Assembly (NCBI GenBank): GCA_018238545.1
Contig: JABCTC010000006.1
Coordinates: 32,001-96,000, forward strand
Source of the DNA: Candidatus Heimdallarchaeota archaeon
GTDB taxonomy: Archaea; Asgardarchaeota; Heimdallarchaeia; Heimdallarchaeales; Heimdallarchaeaceae
DNA length: 64,000 nucleotides
Direction: 5' to 3'
Shown one piece after another: positions 18,807 to 27,807 of the stretch. The notes below the pieces were generated by a model, which had not been told where the DNA came from, ran no database searches, and worked only from the letters and a program-made list of their open reading frames with translations. The stretch's first letter is position 1; every line of letters begins with the position of its first letter. The position numbers and the translations under genes were made by a program.

Positions 18807-19853
18807 GTGAATAAAATGTTGACTGTTCTAGATTGTTCTATGGGTGAAGGGGGCGGATCAGTTGTTCGCATTTCTGTTGCATTGGCAGCAGCTGCTAGCT
18901 CTTCCTTAAAACTGATTAATATAAGATCTAATAGATCAAATCCTGGTTTAAGAGCTCAACACCTTGAAGCAATAAATGCTTTAAGACAACTGTCTGGTTT
19001 TGAAATTGCTGGTGCAGAGTTGGGGAGTAAGGAAGTATATATTCACCAATATGGAAAAAGAAGAAATGAGGCAGCTGTGCACATAAATACAGCTGGAAGT
19101 ATATCTCTCGTTGCTCAAGCAGTTCAATATTATGCATTGAATAGGGAGGTCGAAATAGGATTAAACATACAAGGTGGAGCTACTCATGGCAAATGGGCTC
19201 CTTCAATTGAATTCATCACAAATGTTACTTTTAAAATTCTTGAAAAAATGAACAAAGTAATCGATGTAAAGATAGATCGACACGGTTTTTTTCCAAAAGG
19301 TGGAGCGCAATCCTGTTTTATATTTCGCCCCCATGATAGGATATTACCCCTGAATTTAACGGAAAAAGGCATTTTAGAAGAAATACATATTTTTTCAACA
19401 GCTTCCTCTCATCTTGAGAAAAGGAAGGTGGCTGAAAGACAGCTAGATTCTTTTGTTAAATTAGCAAAATCAACAGTAAACGCTGTACATCACATAAATT
19501 ATGTGGATAGCATATCTCCTGGAAGTGGTTTAACAGTTGTGAATCAGTATTCAACGGGAACTTCAAAGGGATGTTTTGTTCAAGGAGAAAAATTATTAAC
19601 GGCAGAAACTGTTGGTAAAATGTGTTGGAGACAATGGAAAAGCTTAGAGCAAGACTCAGCAGCTGTTGATATTCATACAGCTGACCAACTTATCGTTCCC
19701 ATGGCCTTAGCCGAAGGAAATTCAACAATAACAACAGCTAGATTAACTAATCACACCAAAACAAACATAGAACTAATTCAAAAATTCACCCATGCAGTTT
19801 TTAAAGTAAATAAAGAAAATGGACATTATCTCATATCTGTTAAACAGCCCTAG
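18807..19853 (+). CDS. rtcA: RNA 3'-terminal phosphate cyclase
   Basis: GEGGGSVVR, IRSNRSNPGLRAQH, GFFPKGG, DIHTADQL with the catalytic His. Confidence 0.93.
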   Translation: MNKMLTVLDCSMGEGGGSVVRISVALAAAASSSLKLINIRSNRSNPGLRAQHLEAINALRQLSGFEIAGAELGSKEVYIHQYGKRRNEAAVHINTAGSISLVAQAVQYYALNREVEIGLNIQGGATHGKWAPSIEFITNVTFKILEKMNKVIDVKIDRHGFFPKGGAQSCFIFRPHDRILPLNLTEKGILEEIHIFSTASSHLEKRKVAERQLDSFVKLAKSTVNAVHHINYVDSISPGSGLTVVNQYSTGTSKGCFVQGEKLLTAETVGKMCWRQWKSLEQDSAAVDIHTADQLIVPMALAEGNSTITTARLTNHTKTNIELIQKFTHAVFKVNKENGHYLISVKQP

Positions 19854-20029
19854 ACTAGCTGATTATTCATTTCTCGCTATTTCTTTCTTAACGACATATT
19901 TATATGATGCTATACAAGTCGGAGTACGACATAAGAGTATAATTTCTATAAAAATTTACTCTATTGAATACGTTTAGTAATATAAACTAATCAAAGAAAT
20001 ATAAATGAAACATTAAGGACGTTGAAAAT

Positions 20030-21031
20030 ATGGGGCATAGAAGGGTAAGTGCTCCCCATCGAGGATCTCTAGGATATCGAAGGGTAAGAGCAAGAAGAAC
20101 AGTACCTGCACCTCGCGCATGGCAAACATACGAGGGTGCTCCTAAGTTACTAGGTTTTCTTGGTATTAAAGCTGGAATGACACATTGCGAATATCTTGAA
20201 GATAGACCAAGAAGCCATTTAGTAAATAGGGAAGTTACTGTAGCGGTAACATGTATTGAAACACCACCAAATGTTGTATTTGGTTTACGTGGTTATAAAA
20301 AATCACCTTATGGTCTCAAAATTGTTGCTGATTTAATTACAACAGAGACAAAGGAAGAGCTTAAAAGAAGGGTTAAACTTCCTAAACAATACGATCTTGA
20401 GAAAGCAAAGAAAAATTTTGAAGACCACCTTGAGGAAATAGTTGAACTAAGAGCAATTGTTCATACTCAACCTTATCTCACAGGAGTTGGTATGAAGACG
20501 CCTCAAATTGCAGAAATTAAAATTGGTTGCTCAAAAATTGAGGAAGGATATCAGTATGGTATTTCTCTTCTTGGGAAAGAAGTGCTTATTCGAGATGTAT
20601 TCAAAGCTGGTGAATTTGTAGATTCTATTGGTGTAACAAAAGGAAAAGGTTTCCAAGGACCAGTAAAACGACATGGAATAAAAATCCTCCAACACAAGTC
20701 AAAAGCAACTAAAAGGGGAGTAGGTTCAATCGGTCCATGGACACCTTCAAGAACAATGTGGACTATTCCAAGATCTGGTCAGATGGGTTTCAATATTAGA
20801 ACCGAGTATAACAAAAGGATAATGCAGATTGGTTCTGATGGATCACAAATCGTTCCTAAGGGAGGATTTGTAAGATACGGTGTTGTGAAAAACAATTACG
20901 TTTTGCTTAAAGGATCTGTTCCAGGTCCTAAAAAGCGTACAATTCTACTAAGAGAACCTGTTAGAAAAGCTCCACAACCTGAGAAAGAGCCACAAATACT
21001 CTATATCTCAACAAGGAGTCAACAAGGTTAG
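20030..21031 (+). CDS. rpl3: 50S ribosomal protein L3
   Basis: GIKAGMTH, VTKGKGFQGPVKR, GQMGF..RTEYNK. Confidence 0.97.
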   Translation: MGHRRVSAPHRGSLGYRRVRARRTVPAPRAWQTYEGAPKLLGFLGIKAGMTHCEYLEDRPRSHLVNREVTVAVTCIETPPNVVFGLRGYKKSPYGLKIVADLITTETKEELKRRVKLPKQYDLEKAKKNFEDHLEEIVELRAIVHTQPYLTGVGMKTPQIAEIKIGCSKIEEGYQYGISLLGKEVLIRDVFKAGEFVDSIGVTKGKGFQGPVKRHGIKILQHKSKATKRGVGSIGPWTPSRTMWTIPRSGQMGFNIRTEYNKRIMQIGSDGSQIVPKGGFVRYGVVKNNYVLLKGSVPGPKKRTILLREPVRKAPQPEKEPQILYISTRSQQG

Positions 21032-21047
21032 GATTGAGGCGATAAAG

Positions 21048-21845
21048 ATGAACACAAAAATATATTCCATCAAAGGAAAAAAACTTTCGGAAACAATTGA
21101 ACTACCAGAAGTATTCCAAACACAATTGCGACCAGATATAATTAAAAGAGCTGTACTTGCTGAACAAACCTGGAAGAGACAGCCAAAAGGCGTTAGTCCT
21201 ATGGCTGGAAAATCAGTTGCTGTTGAGAATTGGGGACCTGGTCGTGGTGCTGCAAGAGTTCCAAGAATAAAAGGTTCTAGAACACACAGTGCTCAACGAA
21301 CAGCTTTTATCCCACAAGCACGAGGCGGTCACAGGGCCCATCCTCCTAGAGCAGAGAAGAAGATAATAGAAAAAATCAATCGAAAGGAGCATCTAATTGC
21401 TTTGAAATCTGCTATAGCATATACAGCACAAAAAGAATCGGTGGGTCAAAGAGGGCATCGTTTTGATGATAAAACTGACTTCCCAATTGTTATTGAGTCA
21501 AAAGCAGAAGAACTGGCAAAGACTCAAGAGGTTGTTACACTGTTAGATAATTTAGGTCTATCTTTGGAATTATTAAGGGTGAAATTTGGTAAAAATGTTC
21601 GCCCTGGCAAAGGCAAAGGAAGAGGGCGTAAATACAAAGTACCTGTTGGTCCTTTAATAGTAGTAAGTAATAGTGAATGTTCTTTGGTCAAAGCAGGAAG
21701 AAATATTTTAGGTACCAATGTTGTTACTGTAAACAAACTTACAACTGAACTTTTAGCTCCAGGAACTCAACCTGGAAGACTAACAATCTGGACAGAAGAT
21801 GCAATAAAATCTTTGAATGAACGCTTTATTTCAGGTGATAAATAA
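21048..21845 (+). CDS. rpl4: 50S ribosomal protein L4
   Basis: WGPGRGAARVPR, RGGHRAHPP, LAPGTQPGRLTIWT. Confidence 0.97.
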   Translation: MNTKIYSIKGKKLSETIELPEVFQTQLRPDIIKRAVLAEQTWKRQPKGVSPMAGKSVAVENWGPGRGAARVPRIKGSRTHSAQRTAFIPQARGGHRAHPPRAEKKIIEKINRKEHLIALKSAIAYTAQKESVGQRGHRFDDKTDFPIVIESKAEELAKTQEVVTLLDNLGLSLELLRVKFGKNVRPGKGKGRGRKYKVPVGPLIVVSNSECSLVKAGRNILGTNVVTVNKLTTELLAPGTQPGRLTIWTEDAIKSLNERFISGDK

Positions 21846-22105
21846 TGGATCCGTACAAAATAATAGTAAAACCCCTTATCTCTGAAAAAGACTTCGAGTT
21901 AATTGAGAAAGAGAACAAGTTAGTTATCCAAGTTGCTCTGACCGCTACTAAGCACCAAATTAAAGAGGCGATGGAAAAATTGTACGAGGTTCAAGTTCTC
22001 AAAGTAAACACCTTGATCACACCAAAAGGAACAAAGAAAGCTTATGTAAAACTAAGCGAATTCGATGATGCTGCAGATATAGCTTCACGAATGGGATTAT
22101 TCTAA
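21845..22105 (+). CDS. rpl23: 50S ribosomal protein L23
   Basis: PLISEK, KVNTLIT, KKAYVKL. Confidence 0.96.
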   Translation: MDPYKIIVKPLISEKDFELIEKENKLVIQVALTATKHQIKEAMEKLYEVQVLKVNTLITPKGTKKAYVKLSEFDDAADIASRMGLF

Positions 22106-22119
22106 AGGAAGTGAATTAG

Positions 22120-22857
22120 ATGGGTAAGAAAATATTAGTCCAAAGACGAGGTAGAGGAACATCACAATTCCGAGCTGCTTCCCATAAGAGAAAAGGTAGT
22201 GTCAAATATAGAAAAATTACCAAAATTGAATATACTGACGAAATAATAATCGGTTCAGTAAAGGATATTGTACATGACCCTGGAAGAGGAGCGCCTGTAG
22301 CAATAGTTCTTTTTCAAGATGGATTGAAAAAAGTGATACTGCCCTCTGAAGGATTAAGAGTAGGACAAACTATCGAATATGGTACTGGTGCATCAGCTGT
22401 TATCGGTAATACAATCCCCTTACAAGCAATTCCTGATGGATCTCCTGTCTTCAATATAGAATTAACCCCTGGAGATGGAGGTCGTTTAATCCGATCTAGT
22501 GGCGGATATGCAACTATCTTAGGTCGTGATAAAGGAAAAGTAACTCTTCAATTACCAAGTGGTGAAATGAAAGAAATTCCTCAAAGGTGCCGAGCAACAA
22601 TTGGTATTGTGGCAGGCGGAGGAAGAACCGAAAAACCATTTGTTAAAGCAGGAAATAAACATCATCTCAAAAAAGCAAAAGGGCATTATTATCCAAGAGT
22701 GAGAGGTGTTGCTATGAATGCGGTTTCTCATCCACATGGTGGTGGTGCACATCAAAGCCCTCCACGTGCAACAACCGTTTCAAGACATGCTCAACCTGGA
22801 AGAAAAGTTGGTCTTATTGCAGCAAGAAGAAGTGGAAGAAGAAGAGGCAAGAAATAA
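22120..22857 (+). CDS. rpl2: 50S ribosomal protein L2
   Basis: HDPGRGAP, VRGVAMNAVSHPHGGG, KVGLIAARR. Confidence 0.97.
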   Translation: MGKKILVQRRGRGTSQFRAASHKRKGSVKYRKITKIEYTDEIIIGSVKDIVHDPGRGAPVAIVLFQDGLKKVILPSEGLRVGQTIEYGTGASAVIGNTIPLQAIPDGSPVFNIELTPGDGGRLIRSSGGYATILGRDKGKVTLQLPSGEMKEIPQRCRATIGIVAGGGRTEKPFVKAGNKHHLKKAKGHYYPRVRGVAMNAVSHPHGGGAHQSPPRATTVSRHAQPGRKVGLIAARRSGRRRGKK

Positions 22858-22929
22858 TTTTGCCCTTTTATTTTTTATTTTTACATTTTTTAATAAACAT
22901 AGTCATTAAAAACCCAAGGCTAAGATATA

Positions 22930-23691
22930 TTGATAAGGAGTATTAGAATGACAAGTAAGAAAACATACGGAGATGTCGAGTTTATATTTGAAAAACCTCA
23001 AAACTTTGAAGGTTGTGTTCTCTTAAACGGATGGCATGGGATCGGAGAATGTGGCTTTATATCGATGAGTCATTTAGTTGAAAACCTAGGATTAGAACGC
23101 ATCGGTTTCATCATTACAAATAACCTACCTCAGTTTATTTCTATCAAAAATGAGCAAATTACTTTTCCATTTGAAATTTATCGCAAAGATAATTTAGTCG
23201 TAATATTGCCCATTTTTGAACCAATAAAATCTGAACATTTGCTTTTTACCAAAACTATTGTTGAATGGTCTATTGAAGAGAAATTCCAACAGGCTATTCT
23301 TATTGGCGGGTTGGATAAGCGTTTGCAAGGTGAACATGCTGTCAAGGGGATTTACACCCGTTCTTTCAAAAGGGACACTTCTATTTCTTCTATCCCTGTT
23401 CTTGATGAAGGACTATATGTAACTGGTCCCTTAGCTTACATGCTCATGTTTTACGAGCTCAATCAATTCCCCGCTGTAGCTCTCTTACCATATGCGGAAA
23501 GATCACGACCTGATCCTGTTGCCGCAAGTGTAGCAATAGAACAGATCAATCTCTTATTAGGTATTGGAATTGACACAGAAGGATTGCTGAAAGAAGCAGA
23601 AAAGATAGAGAAGGAAATCGAGTCGTTAATCCAAGCAAGCAAACCTACAAGGGATAGAGATAAAGATTCTGATCAAGGAATGTTTGTGTAG
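22930..23691 (+). CDS. Proteasome assembly chaperone PAC2 family protein (PbaA/PbaB-like)
   Basis: GWHGIGECG, PDPVAA, LLKEAEKIE; probable ATG at 22948. Confidence 0.85.
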   Translation: MIRSIRMTSKKTYGDVEFIFEKPQNFEGCVLLNGWHGIGECGFISMSHLVENLGLERIGFIITNNLPQFISIKNEQITFPFEIYRKDNLVVILPIFEPIKSEHLLFTKTIVEWSIEEKFQQAILIGGLDKRLQGEHAVKGIYTRSFKRDTSISSIPVLDEGLYVTGPLAYMLMFYELNQFPAVALLPYAERSRPDPVAASVAIEQINLLLGIGIDTEGLLKEAEKIEKEIESLIQASKPTRDRDKDSDQGMFV

Positions 23692-23705
23692 ACGAATAAA
23701 AAAAG

Positions 23706-23798
23706 TGGCGGACCAGACAGGATTTGAACCTGCGAACCCCGGCTTTCTTCAATAGATTTCCGGAGGCCGGTGCCTTATCCAGACTAGACTACTGGTCC
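23706..23798 (-). tRNA. tRNA-Arg(CCG) with a 15-nt intron at position 37/38 (intron 23745-23759)
   Basis: Reverse complement: anticodon stem CCGGC/GCCGG, CT-CCG-G, intron AAATCTATTGAAGAA, then A38; BHB-like structure; G73 and CCA. Confidence 0.93.
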
Positions 23799-23854
23799 AT
23801 TTTCTTTTTCAAATAATGTAGAATTTATTAAAACTAATTCATTGGTATAAAAAA

Positions 23855-24970
23855 CTAAATGTCGTAAGAGAAATCCTCCTCCTCTTGGAGTAGAAACTCT
23901 TCAGAAATTGACAATTTAGCAACATCTTTGAATTTTTCTTTGGTTTTGAGCATAGTTAACACCATAGTCTTCAAAGCTTCTACAAGTTCTTCTAATCCCT
24001 TACCTTCCATAGTAGAAACGTGATATTCCGTTTTGAACTCAGCTTTAGCTTCTTTAATTTGCTCGTCAGTGAGCAGGTCTACTTTGTTAAGTACTCTAAT
24101 AGTAGGATTATCACTGAACTCATTGGAAATATCCTCAAGCAAATTATTCTGTTCTTTAGCAGATAATTCGGCCTTTTTTGAGTAATCAAACATGTATACA
24201 ATAACATCTGAAATATGCTTGATTGAAGCAATACTTTGAAGTTCAATTAAACTGCGTTCATCAAAAGGACGATCAAGTAAACCAGGTGTATCAACAATCT
24301 GAACGAGAGTTAAGCCAAAATTTGCATGACCAAACACTATCTGTTTTGTAGTAAAAGGATATTCACCCACTTCAGGTGATCCTGAGGAAATACACCTAAC
24401 AAGAGAAGATTTACCAACATTAGGGGCACCAGCAATGACTATCGTAGGGAGGATAGTATTAAAATCGGGTACAGATTTCAATTTTTTAACAATTCGGATA
24501 AGATACTTCACATCTCCACGAGCCTTTTTAACAAGAGACACATATCTACCTCCTGTTTCCTTTCTTATTGAAGCCATAACAATAGGGTGATTTGTATCAT
24601 TTAGTTTCTGTAATTGTTCCCTCTCAATTTCACGTAACTGATTAGACATGCCTTTTAATCTGCCAAGTACCTTCTTGATTTTGTCAACACTCCCCACTAA
24701 ATTACAAAGTTCTTGATAAAATGGATGAATATCTTCAACCCAAGGAAACAGATTAATTATGCTATCAATCTTTCTGGTTAATTCATCTGTTAAGGTATTA
24801 ATTCTATCTTTTTCAAGAAAAGAAAGTTTTTGTTCTCTGCTAATTCTTTTCTTAATACGTGTTCGTCTAATAGCTTGGCTTTGTTGAAAAGCATTGTCTA
24901 TGATTTCATCTATGGGAGAGATATAAGTAACCCTTCTAAACGGGTTGCTTGTTTTAGGGTCATTTTTCAA
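23855..24970 (-). CDS. NOG1-family (Obg-related) ribosome biogenesis GTPase
   Basis: HPFYQEL, GAPNVGKS, YPFTTK, DTPGLLDRP, NKVD. Confidence 0.92.
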   Translation of the reverse strand: MKNDPKTSNPFRRVTYISPIDEIIDNAFQQSQAIRRTRIKKRISREQKLSFLEKDRINTLTDELTRKIDSIINLFPWVEDIHPFYQELCNLVGSVDKIKKVLGRLKGMSNQLREIEREQLQKLNDTNHPIVMASIRKETGGRYVSLVKKARGDVKYLIRIVKKLKSVPDFNTILPTIVIAGAPNVGKSSLVRCISSGSPEVGEYPFTTKQIVFGHANFGLTLVQIVDTPGLLDRPFDERSLIELQSIASIKHISDVIVYMFDYSKKAELSAKEQNNLLEDISNEFSDNPTIRVLNKVDLLTDEQIKEAKAEFKTEYHVSTMEGKGLEELVEALKTMVLTMLKTKEKFKDVAKLSISEEFLLQEEEDFSYDI

Positions 24971-24972
24971 TA

Positions 24973-26103
24973 TTAATCACTTTCTGAATCTAGCACTGTC
25001 ATGTCAATTTCGTGTTCAAAGTACTTGGGAAGACACTTTATTACTTCTTTTCGTTGAGTTTTATGTTTTTCTTGATACTTCAGTACCATCTCAAGTAAAC
25101 GGGGCTTACAATCAAGACCACAAATAAGTTTACCACCTAAACAGCCTTGACGAGTTTCCTCTAAATCATCATCATCTTGAATGAAAAATTTTTCAAACCA
25201 ATCAAAAATTGTACAAATGGTAGGATTTGCTCCAAGTTCTCTTTGTTCTTTAACTGTAGTTCTTCCACCAGTGAAAGCGCCCATTATCTTTTTCTTTACA
25301 GTCTTAGGATCATCTCTTAGGAAAACACATGTTTCAGGAGATGATGAAGACATAGGTCCCCCTGTAAGACCCTTCATATACCTGATGTATAAAGAGGCGG
25401 GCAAAGTAATTTTACGCTTTCGAGCAATGTCTCGAGTTAAGCGCATGTATACATCCTGATCAAGACCAATTGGAACAACAACTGGAAAATCATCATCTAC
25501 AGAGGGCTGGAGAATATGAGCTGCTTGAATGCAGGCATAATAAACAATACCCGCATTTTCCTCACCAGTTAGACCTAAGGCAGCTTTAATGGCATTATAT
25601 GTTTGGTTAATAGAAAACGTCAAAGCAAGATAATGGATTCTTGGTGTAACACTGGAAATGTAGGCATGAACATTATTAGGATTAAAACCTACTGCAAAAA
25701 TGTCAATAGCATTCTCCAAAGCAGGTTTATATGTATTTTCCAAGTTTTCAACTTTGCGAAAAACATACTTCTCGTCATCAGATAGGGGCATATAAAATTT
25801 ACAATCATATTTCTTTTGCAAGTAACGTATTAATTCAAAAAGAATCAAATGACCAAAATGTAAATCGTTTGATGGACCACGACCGCTGATAATGGCAAAT
25901 CCTTTGTTTTGTTCAATTCTGCTAAGGATTTTATCAAAGTCTCTATGTGCAAAGACTACTCCTCTCCTAAATAACAAGTGATCCTCTCCTATTCGAGGTA
26001 AAACATTATCTATTTTAGCAATACCAAACTCTTTGAGAATAGTTTCGTAATCCGTCCTTTTCTCTATCTCTCTATTTTCTACAATCTTGCTCATTCTAAA
26101 CAC
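24973..26103 (-). CDS. trpS: Tryptophanyl-tRNA synthetase (archaeal/eukaryal type)
   Basis: FAHRD, GRGPS..LHFGH, DDEKY, PIGLDQDVY, MSSS, AFTGGR. Confidence 0.95.
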   Translation of the reverse strand: MFRMSKIVENREIEKRTDYETILKEFGIAKIDNVLPRIGEDHLLFRRGVVFAHRDFDKILSRIEQNKGFAIISGRGPSNDLHFGHLILFELIRYLQKKYDCKFYMPLSDDEKYVFRKVENLENTYKPALENAIDIFAVGFNPNNVHAYISSVTPRIHYLALTFSINQTYNAIKAALGLTGEENAGIVYYACIQAAHILQPSVDDDFPVVVPIGLDQDVYMRLTRDIARKRKITLPASLYIRYMKGLTGGPMSSSSPETCVFLRDDPKTVKKKIMGAFTGGRTTVKEQRELGANPTICTIFDWFEKFFIQDDDDLEETRQGCLGGKLICGLDCKPRLLEMVLKYQEKHKTQRKEVIKCLPKYFEHEIDMTVLDSESD

Positions 26104-26271
26104 CTTTTACAAAATGAGAATAAAATACTTTTCAAAGAATAGCGATTTGGTCTGTCCCCTATAGAAATTTTGCAGTTGATAAAACAGGGGAAAGTCAATG
26201 CCAGTCCAAGTTACCACGCTCAATATCTTTTTACAAAAAAGTCTTTATAAGATTGTCGAACAAATAAAATA

Positions 26272-27696
26272 ATGATGGAAACTTGGAAAAAGATCTATCT
26301 AGAAGCATCAAAATCGATTGACGATGATAGTATTCGTTCCAAAGGTGTCATATTAGGATTTAATGTCAACATAGACAAAGTTATCAAAATAACTCCTGAA
26401 ATCCTCTCAAATATTCCACAGACAACTAGAGTAAAAAATAGATTATCAGGCAATAGTAGTCCAAAAGTAATTACGAATATTGAAGAATTGCTTATTTGTC
26501 TACTTCAATCAATTAACGAAGGTAAAGCAGATGAGGTTCTCATAAGTTCAGATGAGGTTGCTATCTGGATAGAGGAGCACTTTGTGATCTCAAGAACATT
26601 GTTGGGGGGTCAAGCAGGAATAATGGCAAACCTGTTGAGAAAAATTGAAGTAAATCCGGTATTGTTAAGCATGCCAATTTCAAGTCCCAATTTAACTAAA
26701 TTGCTTGATTCATCAATTATTGACCCAATTACAAGCTATGATAAATTTCAATTAGAATCAAAAAATGCTTCAGAGAAGATCGAACCAATAACACACTATG
26801 TTTTTGAGTTCTCTAAAGGTCAGTATTCGGTCGGTGACAGGATAATTAATTGCGAAAGATCAAACCGCTTTATTGGTTCATATGATAAAATAAATTCCCT
26901 ACTTATGTTTTCAGAGGAATTTAGTGAATATAGTATTAATAACATATCAAATTATACCTTATGTGTTATAGCAGGATTTCATCTCATTAATTTGGGAAAT
27001 AGTTCTTCTAAATCTTATGCAGAGTTTTTCGAACCTGTACTAAGTTTAATAAGAAAATGGAAAGAAAGAAAACCTTCTCTAATTGTTCATCTAGAACTTG
27101 CTGCAGTAAAAGATGGTGTTTTGAAACAAGCGATAATTGATAATCTATTTACAGTTGTTGATTCTATTGGATTAAATGAACAAGAACTTGTATCTTTTCT
27201 ACATTGTATTGATAAATCTCTTTCAATATCTTTGCATTCAACCATGTCTTCGATTAATATATTCAAAGGAATGCACGCTATTTTTTCCAAGTACCCTCAC
27301 ATCCGGCTACATCTTCACTATCTTGATTATTTTTTGCTTTTATCCCCTTTAATCTCAGAAGAATCTGCTCTTATGCGAAAAAATTCATTGGTTATTTCTT
27401 CACTTTTTGCTGCAACTAAAGCAAAAAACGGAAGTATAGATAGATTATCAGACACAAAACTGATTGATTATAATATATCGAAAAAAGGTTTAGAAGAGTT
27501 GCAGAATCTAGAAAATTATCTAGTAAACGAACGGGATGGTGATAATAGTTTCATAAATAATGGTTACATACAAACAAAATCATTTACTATGGTTGGAACC
27601 CCAACCATAGTTGTACCATCTCCAAAGTACTTGGTAGGCCTTGGAGATACTATTTCTCTGGTGTCACTTTTGTATGAATTCAATAAACTTGACTAA
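26272..27696 (+). CDS. ADP-dependent glucokinase/phosphofructokinase
   Basis: GFNVNID, GGQAGIMAN, HYVFEF, NRFI, HLELA, SIGLNEQE, VGLGDTIS. Confidence 0.88.
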   Translation: MMETWKKIYLEASKSIDDDSIRSKGVILGFNVNIDKVIKITPEILSNIPQTTRVKNRLSGNSSPKVITNIEELLICLLQSINEGKADEVLISSDEVAIWIEEHFVISRTLLGGQAGIMANLLRKIEVNPVLLSMPISSPNLTKLLDSSIIDPITSYDKFQLESKNASEKIEPITHYVFEFSKGQYSVGDRIINCERSNRFIGSYDKINSLLMFSEEFSEYSINNISNYTLCVIAGFHLINLGNSSSKSYAEFFEPVLSLIRKWKERKPSLIVHLELAAVKDGVLKQAIIDNLFTVVDSIGLNEQELVSFLHCIDKSLSISLHSTMSSINIFKGMHAIFSKYPHIRLHLHYLDYFLLLSPLISEESALMRKNSLVISSLFAATKAKNGSIDRLSDTKLIDYNISKKGLEELQNLENYLVNERDGDNSFINNGYIQTKSFTMVGTPTIVVPSPKYLVGLGDTISLVSLLYEFNKLD

Positions 27697-27807
27697 TCAG
27701 AGAGAACATTATTCGCTGTTTTAGTAAATGCTAATTGATTTCTCGGTGTTTAAATAACTTCTTCTAATAAAGATAATGAGTTTCAATTCAAATTAAATAA
27801 TTCGAAG

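Noticed and set aside
26170-26192. ORB-like TTGCAGTTGAT-AAAACAGGGG, with partial copies at 12268-12278 and 29285-29296
   Set aside because: Exact 11-12-mer matches among AT-rich intergenic regions can occur by chance, and the copies are dispersed rather than clustered
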